From positions 17,608,001 to 17,672,000 of the forward strand of contig JBHGNT010000005.1 in assembly GCA_043228905.1 (NCBI GenBank): DNA of 64,000 nt, in the 5' to 3' direction. Shown one piece after another: positions 1-12,916 of this stretch. The DNA comes from Azolla caroliniana. Its lineage: Eukaryota; Plantae; Polypodiophyta. The notes beneath the pieces are model-generated. The model was not told the DNA's origin. It did no database searches and saw only the letters and a program-made list of their open reading frames with translations. A program made the position numbers and the translations under genes. Every line of letters begins with the position of its first letter. Within the stretch, counting starts at the first letter, position 1.

Positions 1-642
1 ACAACAACTTGAAGCGACTATTGTATCACTACAACAACAAGGATCAAGCACTCAAGGGATTCACAAAGAACCCAAGATCGGTCTTCTTGCAAAATTTGAT
101 GGGACCCGATCACAGTTTAGAGGTTTTCTGAATCAGGTACGTTTAGTGATTCAAATGCATCCTTCTCGATATCCCACCGATGCATCACGAGTGGGACTAG
201 TAGGCACTCTACTTAGTGGCTCAACATTGGCATGGTTCGCTTCATTGTTAGAAAAGGAATCTCCATTACTAAACAATTTTGAAGAATTTAAAGTGAGTTT
301 AAAGCCTGTTTTGGAGATATTGACAACATAAGGACAACAATCAACAAAATTCGACGATTACGCCAAGGTGATCGTCCAACCTCCACATACGCTGCAGATT
401 TCCGCCTACTCACCACCGATATCCCTTGGGATGATCAAGCATTGATGGAGCAATTTTGTTATGGTTTACACAACGATGTCAAGGATTTACTCTTGACCTT
501 CCCCGAAGAACCAAAGTCATTAACAGAAGCAATAAGTCGCGCGTTGAGATGCGACAACCGCCTTTTTGAACAACGTTCGGAATAGCAATTCCAGATGCTG
601 AGGGCAAGATCAGAGCCCACCTATGCCTTAGTGGTAGCGAAA
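1..642 (+). mobile_element. Ty3/Gypsy chromovirus (Tcn1-like) gag, degenerate; 5' part of element A
   Basis: Translations EPKIGLLAKFDGTRSQFRGFLNQVRL...LLSGSTLAWF and RLRQGDRP..YAADFRL...WDDQALMEQFCYGL match retrotransposon Gag of the Tcn1/Tf1 type; frameshifts and stops present. Confidence 0.85.
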
Positions 643-2879
643 CCCTCAGTCCCTCGACCCCCAGTTGCACGACCCACGCGTTACCCCCGGCCCCCAGTCA
701 AACGACCTACTCCTCATCCCCGACCCCCAGTCCCGCAACCCACACCCAACACACGCACCACGAGACCGAAACTAAATCCTCTACCATGAAAATACGTACG
801 GGTAGACTTAGAAAATTACATTGGCTCCCGCTTCTTCAACCGTTAACCTACCTCCACATTTTACTAGGAAGGCAAACACCCTCCCAACTCGAGAATAGGA
901 TCACTAATCACTCATTGCACAACCTTTCCTCTTTCCACCTTCCTCCACCCCAACTGAAACTTCTAAGCTTAGGTCTAGACTTTATTCCCCCACCCCAACC
1001 TATTAGAAAATAACAATTGATAGACGTCGTTGTATCCTTGGATAGAACTTACCGCCTCAGATATTTCTTTAGAAACTCTACTACATTATCTTTCCATTTA
1101 GAATACCGAACCCTAGTTGGAATCCCCCAGGCATGCCAGAAATCACACAAACCATCACATCTATCACCTCTGCCCTCCCCTCCCCACCCACCATCCAACC
1201 TCGCCCTCATAGGAATTTTAGAACCGCACTACATAATCTCAAAAACAATCAAGACATAGTTATTAAACCCGCAGATAAAAATCTAGGCACGCGCATTCTC
1301 TCTAAGGAGTGGTACCTTAACGAATGCCTTAGACAGCTCAACGACAAAAACACTTACACCCCCGTCAAAGACATCCCCCTAGAAACTCTCCACAGTCAAC
1401 TTGAACACCTCTGTCTGAAAGCTTCCCCCCACATCTCCAAGGAGGAAATTAGATCCCTCCTTCAGAAACCCAAACATGGTTTCAGGATATGTCGTTTCTA
1501 CATCATCCCCAAAATCCACAAGCCCACTGTTGTAGGACACCCTATCTGCGCCTACAACAATTATGTTTTCAAAAGAGCCTCTAAATGGCTACACCATCTA
1601 CTACATCCTGTCTTATTGTCTAAAAAACAACACCTCAAAGACTCCTTAACACTTGTTAAGGGCCTAGCACACCACACCTTCCCCAAAACTTGCACATTGT
1701 TTTCTTTTGACATAGTGTCTCTATATCCCAGTATACCTACCACGGAAGGTCTATTGGTTTTTAAAAAATCTATCTCACATCATTTCCCACCACACAAAAC
1801 CAAAATCATTATGAGTGTCGCTAAACTTATACTTAGAAACAATTTTCTCTCCTTTAATAATGCTTTTTGGTTACAAATTAAAGGCACCGCAATGGGTAGT
1901 AATTTTGCCGTTGTTTACGCTTGCTTGTTTCTTTCGCAGCTAGAGGACGACAACCTAGCTTTCGAAACACTGCAACTACTCTACTACAAATGCTACATCA
2001 ATGATGCCATAGGAGTTTGGGAAGGCTCCCCCGATACGCTTCACACCTTCTTACACCAATACGGCGTGCCTCTACAACAACACATCCGTATTGAATCAAC
2101 AACCTCCCGTAAAGAGATCACCATCCTGGACGTCGTCTTCTTCAAAGGCCCATACTTTAAAGAATTCGGCATCCTCGACAACTCATGCCACTAAAAAGCT
2201 CTCAATGCCTACATGTACTCCCGTGGAAATCCTCGCACCCCATAGCACACAAAAAGGGCTTCATCACGGGAGAACTAAAATGGTATGCTATTCGAGAGAG
2301 CTTGGAAAATGGCTACACGGAATTACGCAAAAAGTTCTACGATCGCCTAAGAGCTAGGGGCTACCCGTCGAAGTTCCTACTCAAGTGTTTTTCGACCGTC
2401 CCCTACTCCATACGAAACCAACTACTCTCTAACCAACCCAACAAGAAAAAACCTCCACCCATTGTTTTAAAGCTTCATTACTCCCTGTGTATCAAAAAAC
2501 TCCAAATCAGAGCGCTCGTGAGAGGGTGAAAGCATGAGAGTGGAAACAATTAGCTATGTCCTTGACATAGCTAATTAGCTATGCAAAAAGCTACCATTGA
2601 TAAATAGTCATTTTAGCAAAAAGCCATCATTAATAAATTAACTATGCAAAAAACTACCATTGAAAATACTAGAGTGTTTTAATTACATATGTAAATGAGC
2701 ACCATAAATGTGCAACATAAACGTGCAACATAAATTGATATGTGCACCATAAATGTGTACCATAAATTATATATTGAATTCCTAGGTCCATTATGCATGA
2801 TCCTTTGCCACATCACGTAGGCCATCTCTAGTTGAGTATTGTGGGTTAGTTGCTACCACTGTTGCTAAACCCTATCGAG

Positions 2880-3480
2880 TCCACTTGCCGCCACTCTACA
2901 CTCAAGGGCCGCTACTTTGCGTTCCAAGCATCATCGGTAACTGTTCAATCTGACGAGGTTCTCTTCTCTGTGCCACTCTACACTCAGGGGCCGCTACTGT
3001 GTGTTCCAAGCATCATTGGTAACTGTTCAATCTAACGGGGTTCTCTTCTCTGTGCCACTCTACACTCAGGGGCCACTACTGTGCGTTCCAAGCATCATCG
3101 GTAACTGTTCAATCTGACGGGGTTCTCTTCTCTGTGCCACTCTACACTCAGGGGCCGCTACTGTGAAGGTTGTGTTTTGCTGCCACTTTTCGACCCGACG
3201 GTGTTAACAACTCCACTGCCGCCATTCTACTCTCAGGTGCCTTCTCTGTGCGTTCCAAGCATCATCAGTAACTGTTCAATCTGACGGGGTTCTCTCCTCC
3301 ATTGCCATCATTCTACACTCAGTTGCCGCTATTGTCTAGTCCTGGATTGCTTCCACATTTCGATTTGACGGAGTTCACTCATCCAACGGCAACATTCTAC
3401 ACTCAATTGTTGCCATTGGTCGGTCCTGGATCGCCTCCTCAACTGTTCGATCCAACTGAGTGAACTCCTCTACTGTTCGG
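2880..3480. repeat. 82-bp tandem repeat in the Sola 5' region
   Basis: CCACTCTACACTCA recurs at 2891, 2973, 3055 and 3137 (82-bp period), followed by degenerate copies. Confidence 0.9.
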
Positions 3481-3627
3481 TCTTGGATTGCAATAACTTT
3501 TCTGTCTATTGATTATCTTGTGTATTGTTGTGTCTAATCTTGTGTATTGTGGAATATTTTTGTGTATTGCTGTTGCCCATAGCCATCTTAAATACTTGTT
3601 TTTTTTCTAGAAATTTAGGGTTTTAAT

Positions 3628-6600
3628 ATGTCCAGCCAAATGGAAGGGGAAGAAGGGTGTTTAGAATTACCCCTCAATGATCATAAGGATAGGGATGATG
3701 CTATCAGGACACAACAAGCCATACGAAACTATTGGGCAGAAAAAAAAAGGAAACATCGTCAATTGTTGAAGGATACGAAAGCCACATTCAGTAAAGGTAA
3801 GGATAGTTTAGCTGAGAATGTAAGTAATGCAACTACCATCATAGAGAGAAAGGATGTAGACTATTTCAATGTTCAAACCAAGCACATCAGCAATGAAGAC
3901 AAGAAGGTAGTACTTTATGGAATATTAAATGATCCATCGATAAAGGACTTAGTTGATTGTGATGGTCTTAATGCAAACATATCATCTATTTTAGTAAATA
4001 ATCTTCGTAATAGTTTCGTATCCATGAGTAGGTCAGAAGATGATCTTGTCTTAAAAAGGTCTAGTCTAATGATGTTACTTAATAGTGATGTTGACGATAT
4101 AAACATCAGTGAGCTATCTAAGGTAATTGGTGTTACTAGAAAAACGGTGTACAATACAATGAACCGTATAATTTCCTCGGGTGAAGGAACTAGTCTACTA
4201 AAGCTAACTACAAGATGTAAGCCAATGACACCCATAACATTTGAAATCAAGGATGTAATCACAATGTTTTGGACTAATGAGAGTAGGGTTTCACCCAATA
4301 AAAAGGATTTATGCAGGAAACGTGTTGGAAGAAATCAATACGAGGAGCATCCCATTCATCTTCTTGATGTACCTCAAGTATTTACATTTATCTCAACATT
4401 TGTTTTGACTCTACACGGAAAGTTAATTAGCTCAGTTAGCAGAAAAGCTAATTAGCTTATCAGTTACATTTACCTCAGTTAGCTACTAAGATAGCTACTA
4501 CATAGGTAACTGGCTACTCTCAATAGCTACTACCATGATAGCTAATTAGCTATTCTCAATAGCTAATTTAGTTACAACCAAATAATTAGCTACCAAAATA
4601 GCTAACTAGCTACCATGATAGCTAATTAGCTATTCTCAATAGCTAATTTAGTTATTACCAGATAATTAGCTACAAGAATAGCTAATTAGCTTTTAGGATA
4701 GCTAATTAGCTATTAGAATAGGGTTTTAGCTACCATGATAGCTAATTAGCTACTATGATAGTTAGCTACTCTAGTTATTACCAGCTAATTAGCTACTAGG
4801 AAAGCTAATTATCTACCATGATAGCTAATTAGGTACTAGGACAACTACTATGATACCATGATAGCTAATTAGCTACTAAAACAACTAATTAGCTACTAAG
4901 ACAACTAATTAGCTAATAGGATAGCTAATTTCGTTATTACCAGCTAATTAGCTACTAGGAAAGCTAATTAGCTACCATGATAGCTAATTAGCTACTAGGA
5001 CAACTAATTAGCCACCATGATAGCTAATTAGCTACTAGACTAGCTAATTAGCTACCATGATAGCTAATTAGCTACTAGGACAGCTAATTAGCTACCATGA
5101 TAGCTAATTCGCTACTAGGACAGCTAATTAGCTACCATGATAGCTAATTCGCTACTAGAACAGCTAATTAGCTACTAGGATAGTTAGCTAGTTACGAGGA
5201 TAACTAATTCCCCTTTATTACGCAGGTCGATTTATTTATTAGGTTCAAACGAATGCATCCAAATATCAAAGTTCAACTACGAACATTCGAGTCTCTTAAG
5301 CCACACTTTGTGAGACGCTTAAAGGATCGATACACATGTTGTTGCATTTACCATGTACAGATGGGTTTTCTAAAGGACTCTGTTAATCTACTACATCACC
5401 ATAGCACATCCCTAACTAATACAGTTTGCACATGTGGGTGCCCAATCTGTCAATCAAGCCCGCAAGAGAAGTGTAAATCATCTGAGCACGTTATCTCTTC
5501 CATGAGTTATTTATTAGATTCAATATTGTGTCCGAGAGAAACTGACGCTATCTTCCATAGTCATAAATGTGTCATGGGTTTATGTCAAGATTGTGGCCCT
5601 ACTAGATTTAGGTGGTGTCCAAATGAATTGAGTAGTGAAATATTGATCTCTGTGAAGTTATTTGAGTCAGTGAACACCAATTTCGAAGGAAAGGTGTGTA
5701 AAAGAAAGGATCTAGTTTGGAAGATGCTTAAACCAAGGGATTTGGTGTCTCTATTTGTAGTATCTCTAGGAAAGTTCATTAAACACAACTTCATTTATTC
5801 ATGGTAGGCCCATCAGTTTAAGACTTGCATATCTGATTTCCCAAATGATGTAGTAGTCTTAGTAGTAGATTTCGCAGAGAATTATACTTTCAAGCAGCAG
5901 AATGAAATTCAATCTATGCATTGGTGTTCAGTTCAGGTAACCATTTTTGTGCACATAACATATTTTCGAGTTTTAGGTGATGTTAAAAAAGTAATTCATT
6001 TCTTTATTTCTGATGATAAGAAGCATGATACCTTATTCGTCCAACACTGTTTTAAGTTACATTGGCAGTGGTTATTAGCTCAACATTTGGAGCTTACTCA
6101 ACATTGGGTCTGGTCTGACGGAGCTGCGTCACAATTCAAGGCTCGACGTCCATTTTATTTTGTGGGGAGGTGTCCTACTATAACAGGTTTGGAGATGAGA
6201 TGGAATTTTTTTGGGTCTGGCCATGGTAAAGGTGAACATGATGGTGCAGGGGCTGTTATAAAGCGGGCACTTACCCATGAACAACTAAAGACAGATGGTG
6301 TGCACATGAATTGTGCATCACATGTAGTTGAATTTTTAAGAACAAATATGTCAACGAGTGCAATATGTGTTTATTCCTCGCAAGTCCGAGATATCAAACG
6401 TGAATTTTGGGAAGTGAAGATAGATGAAGTAAATAGGGAGAAGACCTAGGAGTGCCAAGGAATTCCTGAATTGCGATCTCTGCATGCTGTTCGCGGTTAT
6501 TCCAGGTTGGATGGTCATTGTATTGCGGTTAGAGAATTGACTTGTTTTTGCTTCCATTGTGTGCAGGGAAATTGGAGATATTGTCTAAACAAAGCATACA

Positions 6601-7081
6601 AAACAAAGCATACATTCAGAATTGGGAGTATCACACTCTGAATGATAAGGAAGCAGTTGATGGAGAAACAGGGCAGAATGCTGACTTCACATAAGAGGGA
6701 CTTGGAGATACTTTGAGTGATGTCCTGAACGTTGGGGATAATTTCATTGTAAATGCTGAAGAAGGCAATTCAGAGGGTGTTGATTTCTATATATTGAAGT
6801 GCACGATTAGTAAACAGTGTGCAAGGCAGAATATTGTAGATGCATGGGGAAATTTTGTATCTGCCGAAACATTCTACATCGAAGGCATTTTTTACGCAAA
6901 ACTAGATGACTACGAATATGTGTACAGGCTGTTAGAAGACAAACCAACGACGTACATGTACTCTCATTTGGTCAGGTGCATCAACGTCCCAATGTCAGAA
7001 TACAATAGCTGCTCAGGTTTATACACTGTTGGTGCCAATGTGTATGAATATATTTACAATAGTATGCCATGGAATTTGTAG
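3628..7081 (+). pseudogene. Sola2-type DDD transposase, spliced (exon 3628-4377, intron 4378-5225, exon 5226-7081), with premature stops
   Basis: GT..AG intron keeps the frame (DVPQ|VDLFIRFKRMHP). Cys-rich region TCCCIYH; catalytic motifs VVDFAENY, WSDGAASQFK, FGSGHGKGEHDGAG; C-terminal CFCxxC..C motif; stops at 5805 and 6447. Confidence 0.85.
4425..5210. repeat. TAGCTAATTAGCTA palindromic satellite filling the transposase intron
   Basis: Dozens of copies of a perfect 14-bp palindrome separated by ~6-nt spacers. Confidence 0.95.
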
Positions 7082-7749
7082 CTACAAGTAGCAATTACCA
7101 TGTTCTCTTGTAAAACAAACATGTATTTCACGAAAACAGTTAAACATGTTCGTTTGAGAATCAATTTCTTGTATACAGTCTGCTTTCTGTGCTTCTTTCT
7201 CAATAAAATCATGTCTTTTTTGTTAAGTTTTAAGTTATAAGTTATAGCCAAATAGTCATCAGTAGCTAATTAGCTGTACAAATGCAGCTAATTAGCTGTC
7301 AATAGCTAAATAGTCATCAATAGCTAATTAGTTGTATTCAGGTTTACTCAAGTTTACCAGAATAGCTAATTAGCTACCATGATAGCTAATTAGCTACTCC
7401 AATATTGCAATCAACCAGTAGCTAATTAGCTGTCAATAGAACCATGTACAACAGTATGCCACGGAACTTGTAGCTACAAGTAGCAATTACCATCTTTTCG
7501 TGTAAAACAAACATGTATTTTGATAATACAGTTAAATAAAGCACTAGCATGAAATCAACAATCTGCAACATATTCCTCAAATTACACAGTAGATAAGTAC
7601 AGTGGGATCAAGTAATTAAATTCTTCATTGAATAATGTCATCTCTTTACATATTTATAAATTACCATTGGAAATGTCTATAAATCTCCTATAAACAGCTA
7701 AGCTCTTGCTAGTCAGTGGAACGAGTCTACATATATTATCCGCATATCG

Positions 7750-9400
7750 AGCTCGGTATGGAGTCCACAACCATGCACCTAGTTGGCAGCTCACTGTTTA
7801 CACTAGGTACTATTCAGGCATTTCCTCGGGTAGAATGAGACAGCATCTCCGAATATTGAAGTAGTGCTGGAAATGTTCTGTATCCAAAATCAATGTGTTG
7901 TCGGCATTATATTCAGGCCAAGTAGCCCAAAAATCAGAAAGTCTCTTGAATCTTGCAGCTTCCATTTGCTCACAATTTTCTCGTGCCCATTGACCTTTAA
8001 AATGACTTCGCCATTTTGGGAAGAATCTCGCTAAACACTTCCACACATCTGATTTTGTTTTTTCACTCCAAATAAACAAATCAAAGTATTGCACAACCCA
8101 CTCTAGAAACTGATTCACGTCCCTCCTTGGCTGCATATATCTCATACTCATCAAGACTTTATCAAGCTCCAAGATCAAGGCTCTTCTTTCGACTTCTAGT
8201 GGTTTAGGTTTCCATTCCTGAAACTGAGCCATTGTTACACCATTTTCTGGTAGGACACGATCAATCTCAATCAGCTCAGGTTCGGCCGACACAACTGGCG
8301 TCCTTTTCCTCTTCAAACCCCTAGTCGATTGTGTTGGGCCTGGCTTTACATTCTGGTGCTCTTGTTTTTTCTACTTAGTTATCAATCCTTGGATTACCTT
8401 GGTGCATGTAGCTACTGATCTGCTCGATATCAGTCCACTGGTATCACATGCTGCATCTACCTGCAACATCAAGTCATCCGTGCAACATGCTTGATCAACT
8501 TGTGTGACCAGATCACTTGTGTCAGTTGCTACATCTACTTTCAAGATGGGGCCCTTTAAACACGCCGCAACATCAACAGTATCCACACTGCCATCGGCCT
8601 TACGAGCAATAGAATCAAACCCTTTAGACTCTGCAACATCAGAAAACACTAACATATTCACACTCACAAAGTAACTAACAGTCTCACAAAACAACATCCT
8701 GAACATCAAAGAGTTTCAGTCATAGAACAACACTCTTCAAATTATCTTGGAATAACATCATAGAGTTCCATTACATAATGTGGATCAAGCAACAACCAAT
8801 CTGAGGTTTTACTTGTCCAACAGGATAGTAAAACTTCATAAAACCCTAGCAAAATCCCTAAGCTAACAATCATATCCAACTAAACGGTATTTCGCTCCAC
8901 TACGTCTGGGCCCCTTGACCGAGTAACTGGTCTTGTTCCCGATCGTGGCCCCTTCTTCAGCCTTTTTCTGGTCGGTTGCCCATTTAGCCTTGCTTCTTTC
9001 ACCCAATGCGCAAGTGTGTCCTCCTCCGACAACCTTCCCATCGCCTCAGCGGCTAATTGCACATCAGCCGTTTCTTGCGCTAGCTTTTCAAGTACAGAGG
9101 GATCTGTTTGGACATTTTCAGTAGTTGGGCTCGGTGGGGTGGAATCAAGGTCTTGAGATTCGAAGAAATGTTGCATCAAGTGTTCATAAACACGGTTGTT
9201 GTGAACCTCTGTTTTACATGTTGTTTCCACTATTTCATGGCATTTCACATCATTGCCTAATTCAGTACACTGTTCCAAAAGAATAGGGTGGAGCTGATCT
9301 GAAGGAGATGTGATAGCAGGACTCTTACTTTCAGCCACGTTGGCAGCAGTATCCTCATCTGTTGCAGCGTCATCAGAACCAGACACATCATGTGTTGTCC
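7750..9400 (-). pseudogene. Sola cargo gene: acidic low-complexity N-terminus plus an FCP1/NIF-like HAD phosphatase domain (degenerate)
   Basis: ORF 7810-8316 ALILELDKVL...PRRDVNQFLEWVVQYFDLFIWS...KRLSDFW...YNADNTLILD follows the NIF/FCP1 motif order (LVLDLDxTL, RP..EFL, IWS, K.L, NTLLID). ORFs 8371-8709 and 8880-9386 are probably upstream exons. Confidence 0.65.
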
Positions 9401-9429
9401 TTAATCCACAAGATTCTACAATAACATGG

Positions 9430-10195
9430 CAACTATTTAGGATAGCTAATTAGCTACTTTACTAAACTATGGTAGTAGCTAGGATAGCTAATTAGCTACT
9501 ATGATAGCTAATTAACTACTTTCAACAACTATGGTAGTAGCTAGGATAGCTAATTAGCTACTAGGATAGCTGCCAGTAGCTAATTAATTAGCTAGTAGGA
9601 TAGCTAATTAGCTACTTTACTCAACTATGGTAGTAGCTAGGATAGCTAATTAGCTACTTTTCTCAACTATGGTAATAGCTAGGATAGCTAGTTAGCTACT
9701 TAAAACAACTATGGCAGTAGCTTTATAGCTAGTAGAATAGCTAATTAGTTGCCAGTAGCTAATTAGCTAGTAGGATAGCTAATTAGCTAGTTTACACAAC
9801 TATGGTACTAGCTAATTAACTATGAGTAGCTAATTAGATAGTACCATAGCTAATTAGCTACTAGGATAGCTAATTAGCTAGTAGTTCATTAGCTGCCAGT
9901 AGCTAATTAGCTAGTAGGATAGCTAATTAGCTACTTTACACAACTATGGTACTAGCTAATTAGCTAGTAGCTAACTAGCTGCCAATAGCTAATTAGCTGC
10001 CAGTAGGATAGCTAATTAGCTAGTAGTTAACTAGCTGCCACTTAGCTAATTAACTATTGTAGTAAACTATGGCAATAGCTAATTAGCTAATAGGATAGCT
10101 ATTAGCTGCTTTAATAAACTATGGTAGTAGCTAATTAGCTACAACGATAGCAACAAAATAGTTTCCATACGTTTTACGGCTTAGCTAATTAGAAA
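9430..10195. repeat. Second TAGCTAATTAGCTA satellite block
   Basis: Same palindrome tandemly arrayed between the two minus-strand cargo ORF groups. Confidence 0.95.
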
Positions 10196-10207
10196 AGAGT
10201 AAGCTTA

Positions 10208-11560
10208 TTAGCTACAACATGGTATACCTATTAGTTTTCTCCACTCATTTGGTAGAGCTGTACTGCAATCTCCCAAACAGAATGCAGCAATTCGACAGGC
10301 ATGTTGAAAACAAAGCAGATGGTATGTGTGGTTGCATGGTTGTAGGTGAACCAACAAAGATGCAGTTTTGTCCTCCACACCTAACCCGCAAGTGATGCAA
10401 CGTGCTTGAACTGTCAATAAATCATTTTCTGGTTCTCCTTCATTTGGTAAGGGAGCAAGAATGTTCAAGTCCAAATCCTGTCTGCTCCTTACCATTCCCT
10501 CCACAAAAGTTAGCTGCTTCTTAAGGTAGCTAACTACCTGTTCTTGATGAATGTATTGTTCCTTCAACACAACAGAGAAATTTACCGATTAATTATTCCT
10601 GTCTGAGAAAGATACACCAACTTTGCTCAGGAATCGTTAACTTACTTGAAGCTTTTCCAAATTGTAATCTGCAACAGTATTTACACCTAGAAGGTCCAGG
10701 TTCATTGAAAGAACCTGGATCTCTGTTTGCAGTTGTATTTTACGTTGGGGATCCAGTGGCCCCTCTAATTCAAGCTCTTGTTGTGCAACCTATTCCAGAT
10801 AATGCTTGATTAGCACATTTTACCCTTAAAGTTATTTATAACACAATCACATACCAACAAAACAATAGTTACCTGAATCTTATTTCTAATCGTTGTAACA
10901 ACGGAAGTAACTTTGCTCTCCATTGCAGAAGCCATTGTGGCTTTCTCTAAATCAGTCTTAAAAAATGCCTGGAATGTCTCACAGGCTTCATGGACCTTTT
11001 TTAGCATATAGCTAACCAATGTCTCACCTGTATCATCGACATTGGCTTTCCTTGGGTGTCGGTGTGGTGTATGCCCCCGGTTTTGCTGGGAGTCGGCAGT
11101 TGCATCAACAACTGCCATGCTCCAAAATCTGTCTATTTTTTGTGCCAAGGTCCCCATCTTTCGGCATCTTTTTACCGATACCTCACCATAGACTGCCCAA
11201 GCTACCCTATACATTTCAGGGTCTCTGGATTCCTTCTCTGTTTTGCAGTACTCATATGCAAATGCTCTAGCAAATGAAACTGACAACTCATTGTTGATTG
11301 GGATCTCCTGATGAACTTTCTAATGCAGCCTCATGGAGTCATCAGACAAGTCGGCTCGTACATGCTTCAACTTGACCTTGCCTTTGACTCTAGGCATTGT
11401 ATATACTGTCATCCAGTCTACATCACTGATCAATTTATCACTTAGGACAGCAGGGACAACACCCTCGAGTGACAGACCATAGGTGTTGTGGAAGTCCTCC
11501 TTTGTCTCGCAAAATTTTGCGAAGTTTAGCACTCTCGGATACAGAGGAACGAGCCATCTG
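10208..11560 (-). CDS. Sola cargo gene, multi-exon, with coiled coil and C-terminal RING-type zinc finger (probably decayed)
   Basis: CITC-x15-C-x-H-x2-H-x2-C-x9-C-x3-C pattern in ORF 10208-10570. ORFs 10810-11286 and 11320-11532 lie on the same strand, with plausible splice sites between them. Confidence 0.55.
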
Positions 11561-11659
11561 AAATATCATTTCAGAAATCAGAAATAGTGCAAAATCAGAA
11601 TATGTCAGAATCAGAAACCCCAATCAACAACAACAGAAATAGTGCAAAATCATTAACTT

Positions 11660-12040
11660 AGCAAATCAGAAACCCTAATCAAAATTTGTATTCAGAAATT
11701 TGAAATCAGAAACCCTAATCAAAATCTGTAATCAGAAGTTTGAAATCAGAAACCCTAATCAAAATTTGTAATTAGAAGTTTGTAACCAGAAACCCTATTC
11801 AGAAATTCTAATAAAAAATTTATAATCAAAAACCCTAATTAGAAATTTCAATCAAAAACCCTAATAAAAAATTTTAATCACAAACCCTAATCAGAAATTC
11901 TAATCAGAAATTTATAAACAAAAACCCTATTCAGAAATTCTAATCAGAAATTTATAATCAAAAACCCTAATCAGAAATTCTAATCAGAAATTTATAAACA
12001 AAAACCCTAATAAAAAATTTCAATCAGAAACCCCAATCAT
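11660..12040. repeat. Tandem repeats carrying the telobox/plant-telomere core AAACCCTAA
   Basis: About 10 units such as AATCAGAAACCCTAATCAAAATTTG with variable spacing. Confidence 0.85.
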
Positions 12041-12870
12041 CACTAAAGACAGGATTAAACACACAAAAAAGTAATATAAACACACCTGTTGCTACTCCCT
12101 GATCTGCGAGACATCCTTGTATGGGACTCCAAGGACTTCGCCCTATTCGATTTTGGGGAAATATGAATTAGCACCAAAGTTCAGACAGTAGTTAAAAAGA
12201 AAAAACAAATGTTTGGGGTTTCTGTAACTGAAACATACTTGGACGATGATCGAGCGGGTTCTGTGTTGTAGCTCTGAATCTGCAATGTCGATTTTCTACT
12301 GCTGCGGGAGCTACGTCTGCGTTCGTGCTCTAAGTACTCCATCTGCGTTCGTGCTCTGAGTACTCCATCTGCGTTCAAAATCAAACTTAGGCTAAACATG
12401 AAATTGATGACATTGAAGTCGATCTTAGATGATCGTGCTATTCCCCAAGTTCCACTACGTCTGAAACAGAAGTTCAAATATTTGAGTTTTTTCATAAATA
12501 AGTTTTTCAAATATTTGATTTTCCCACAAAAAAGACTAGCTAAACAAATAGCTAATTAGCTATGGCCATTTTAGTAGCTAATTAGCTATAATAGTGTTTT
12601 CACTCGCATGCTTTTACCCGAGAAACAAACTTAAACCCCTTCTAGGACAACCACAATACAGTTCCCTTACACCCCCTCTCACGTGTTGGCTAAATGGTAA
12701 AAAACTAAGAAACCACCTAGTACACTCATCCTTTCCCCCCATCTAATGTCTTGTGTACACTCTCTTACCTTCCCTTTGTACACACTTTTGTATGTCCCAC
12801 ATACAAAGGACTCTCCTCCCTCTCCCTATAAAAAGAGCAACCTAGTAGGCTTAGTTTTCATCATTTGTAC

Positions 12871-12916
12871 ATCGGGCACTGAAGAGCCTCCATCGAGGCG
12901 AAATGCATTTGCCGAT
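12871..12916 (+). ncRNA. Minimal type I hammerhead ribozyme in the PLE pseudo-LTR
   Basis: ATCGGGCA-CTGAAGA-GCCTC(CATC)GAGGC-GAAA-TGCA-TT-TGCCGAT: CUGANGA and GAAA cores, perfect 5-bp stem II, stem I GGCA/UGCC, palindromic short stem III. Confidence 0.85.

Larger units (their letters stand above)
2524..12619 (+). mobile_element. Complete Sola2-type DNA transposon (10.1 kb) with cargo genes
   Basis: 25-bp TIRs GGGTGAAAGCATGAGAGTGGAAACA (2524-2548) and TGTTTTCACTCGCATGCTTTTACCC (12595-12619), 22/25 matching; 4-bp TSD GAGA (2520-2523, 12620-12623); DDD transposase inside. Element boundaries are solid; the Sola2 subgroup call rests on recalled motifs. Confidence 0.85.
890..12746 (+). pseudogene. 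PLE reverse transcriptase (segments ~890-2523 and 12624-12746), frameshifted
   Basis: Motifs HNLSSFHL...LLSLGLDFIP, IKPADKNLG, FYIIPKIHK, FDIVSLYPSIP, GTAMGS, YINDA (YIDD), ILDV, SSHP..HKKGFI.GEL, RLRARGYP. Removing the Sola element and one TSD restores RALVRNKLKPLLGQPQYSSLTPPLTCWLNGKKLRNHLVHSSFPPI* (stop 12744-12746). Confidence 0.88.

Noticed and set aside
790-845. YVRVDLENYIGSRFFNR upstream of the PLE RT as a possible N-terminal GIY-YIG nuclease
   Set aside because: Too little room before the RT N-terminal motif and no downstream R/H/E/N pattern; probably chance, though a decayed remnant cannot be excluded.
4425-5210. CRISPR-like regularly spaced palindromes
   Set aside because: Spacers are ~6 nt and themselves repetitive, the context is a eukaryotic intron, and there are no cas genes.
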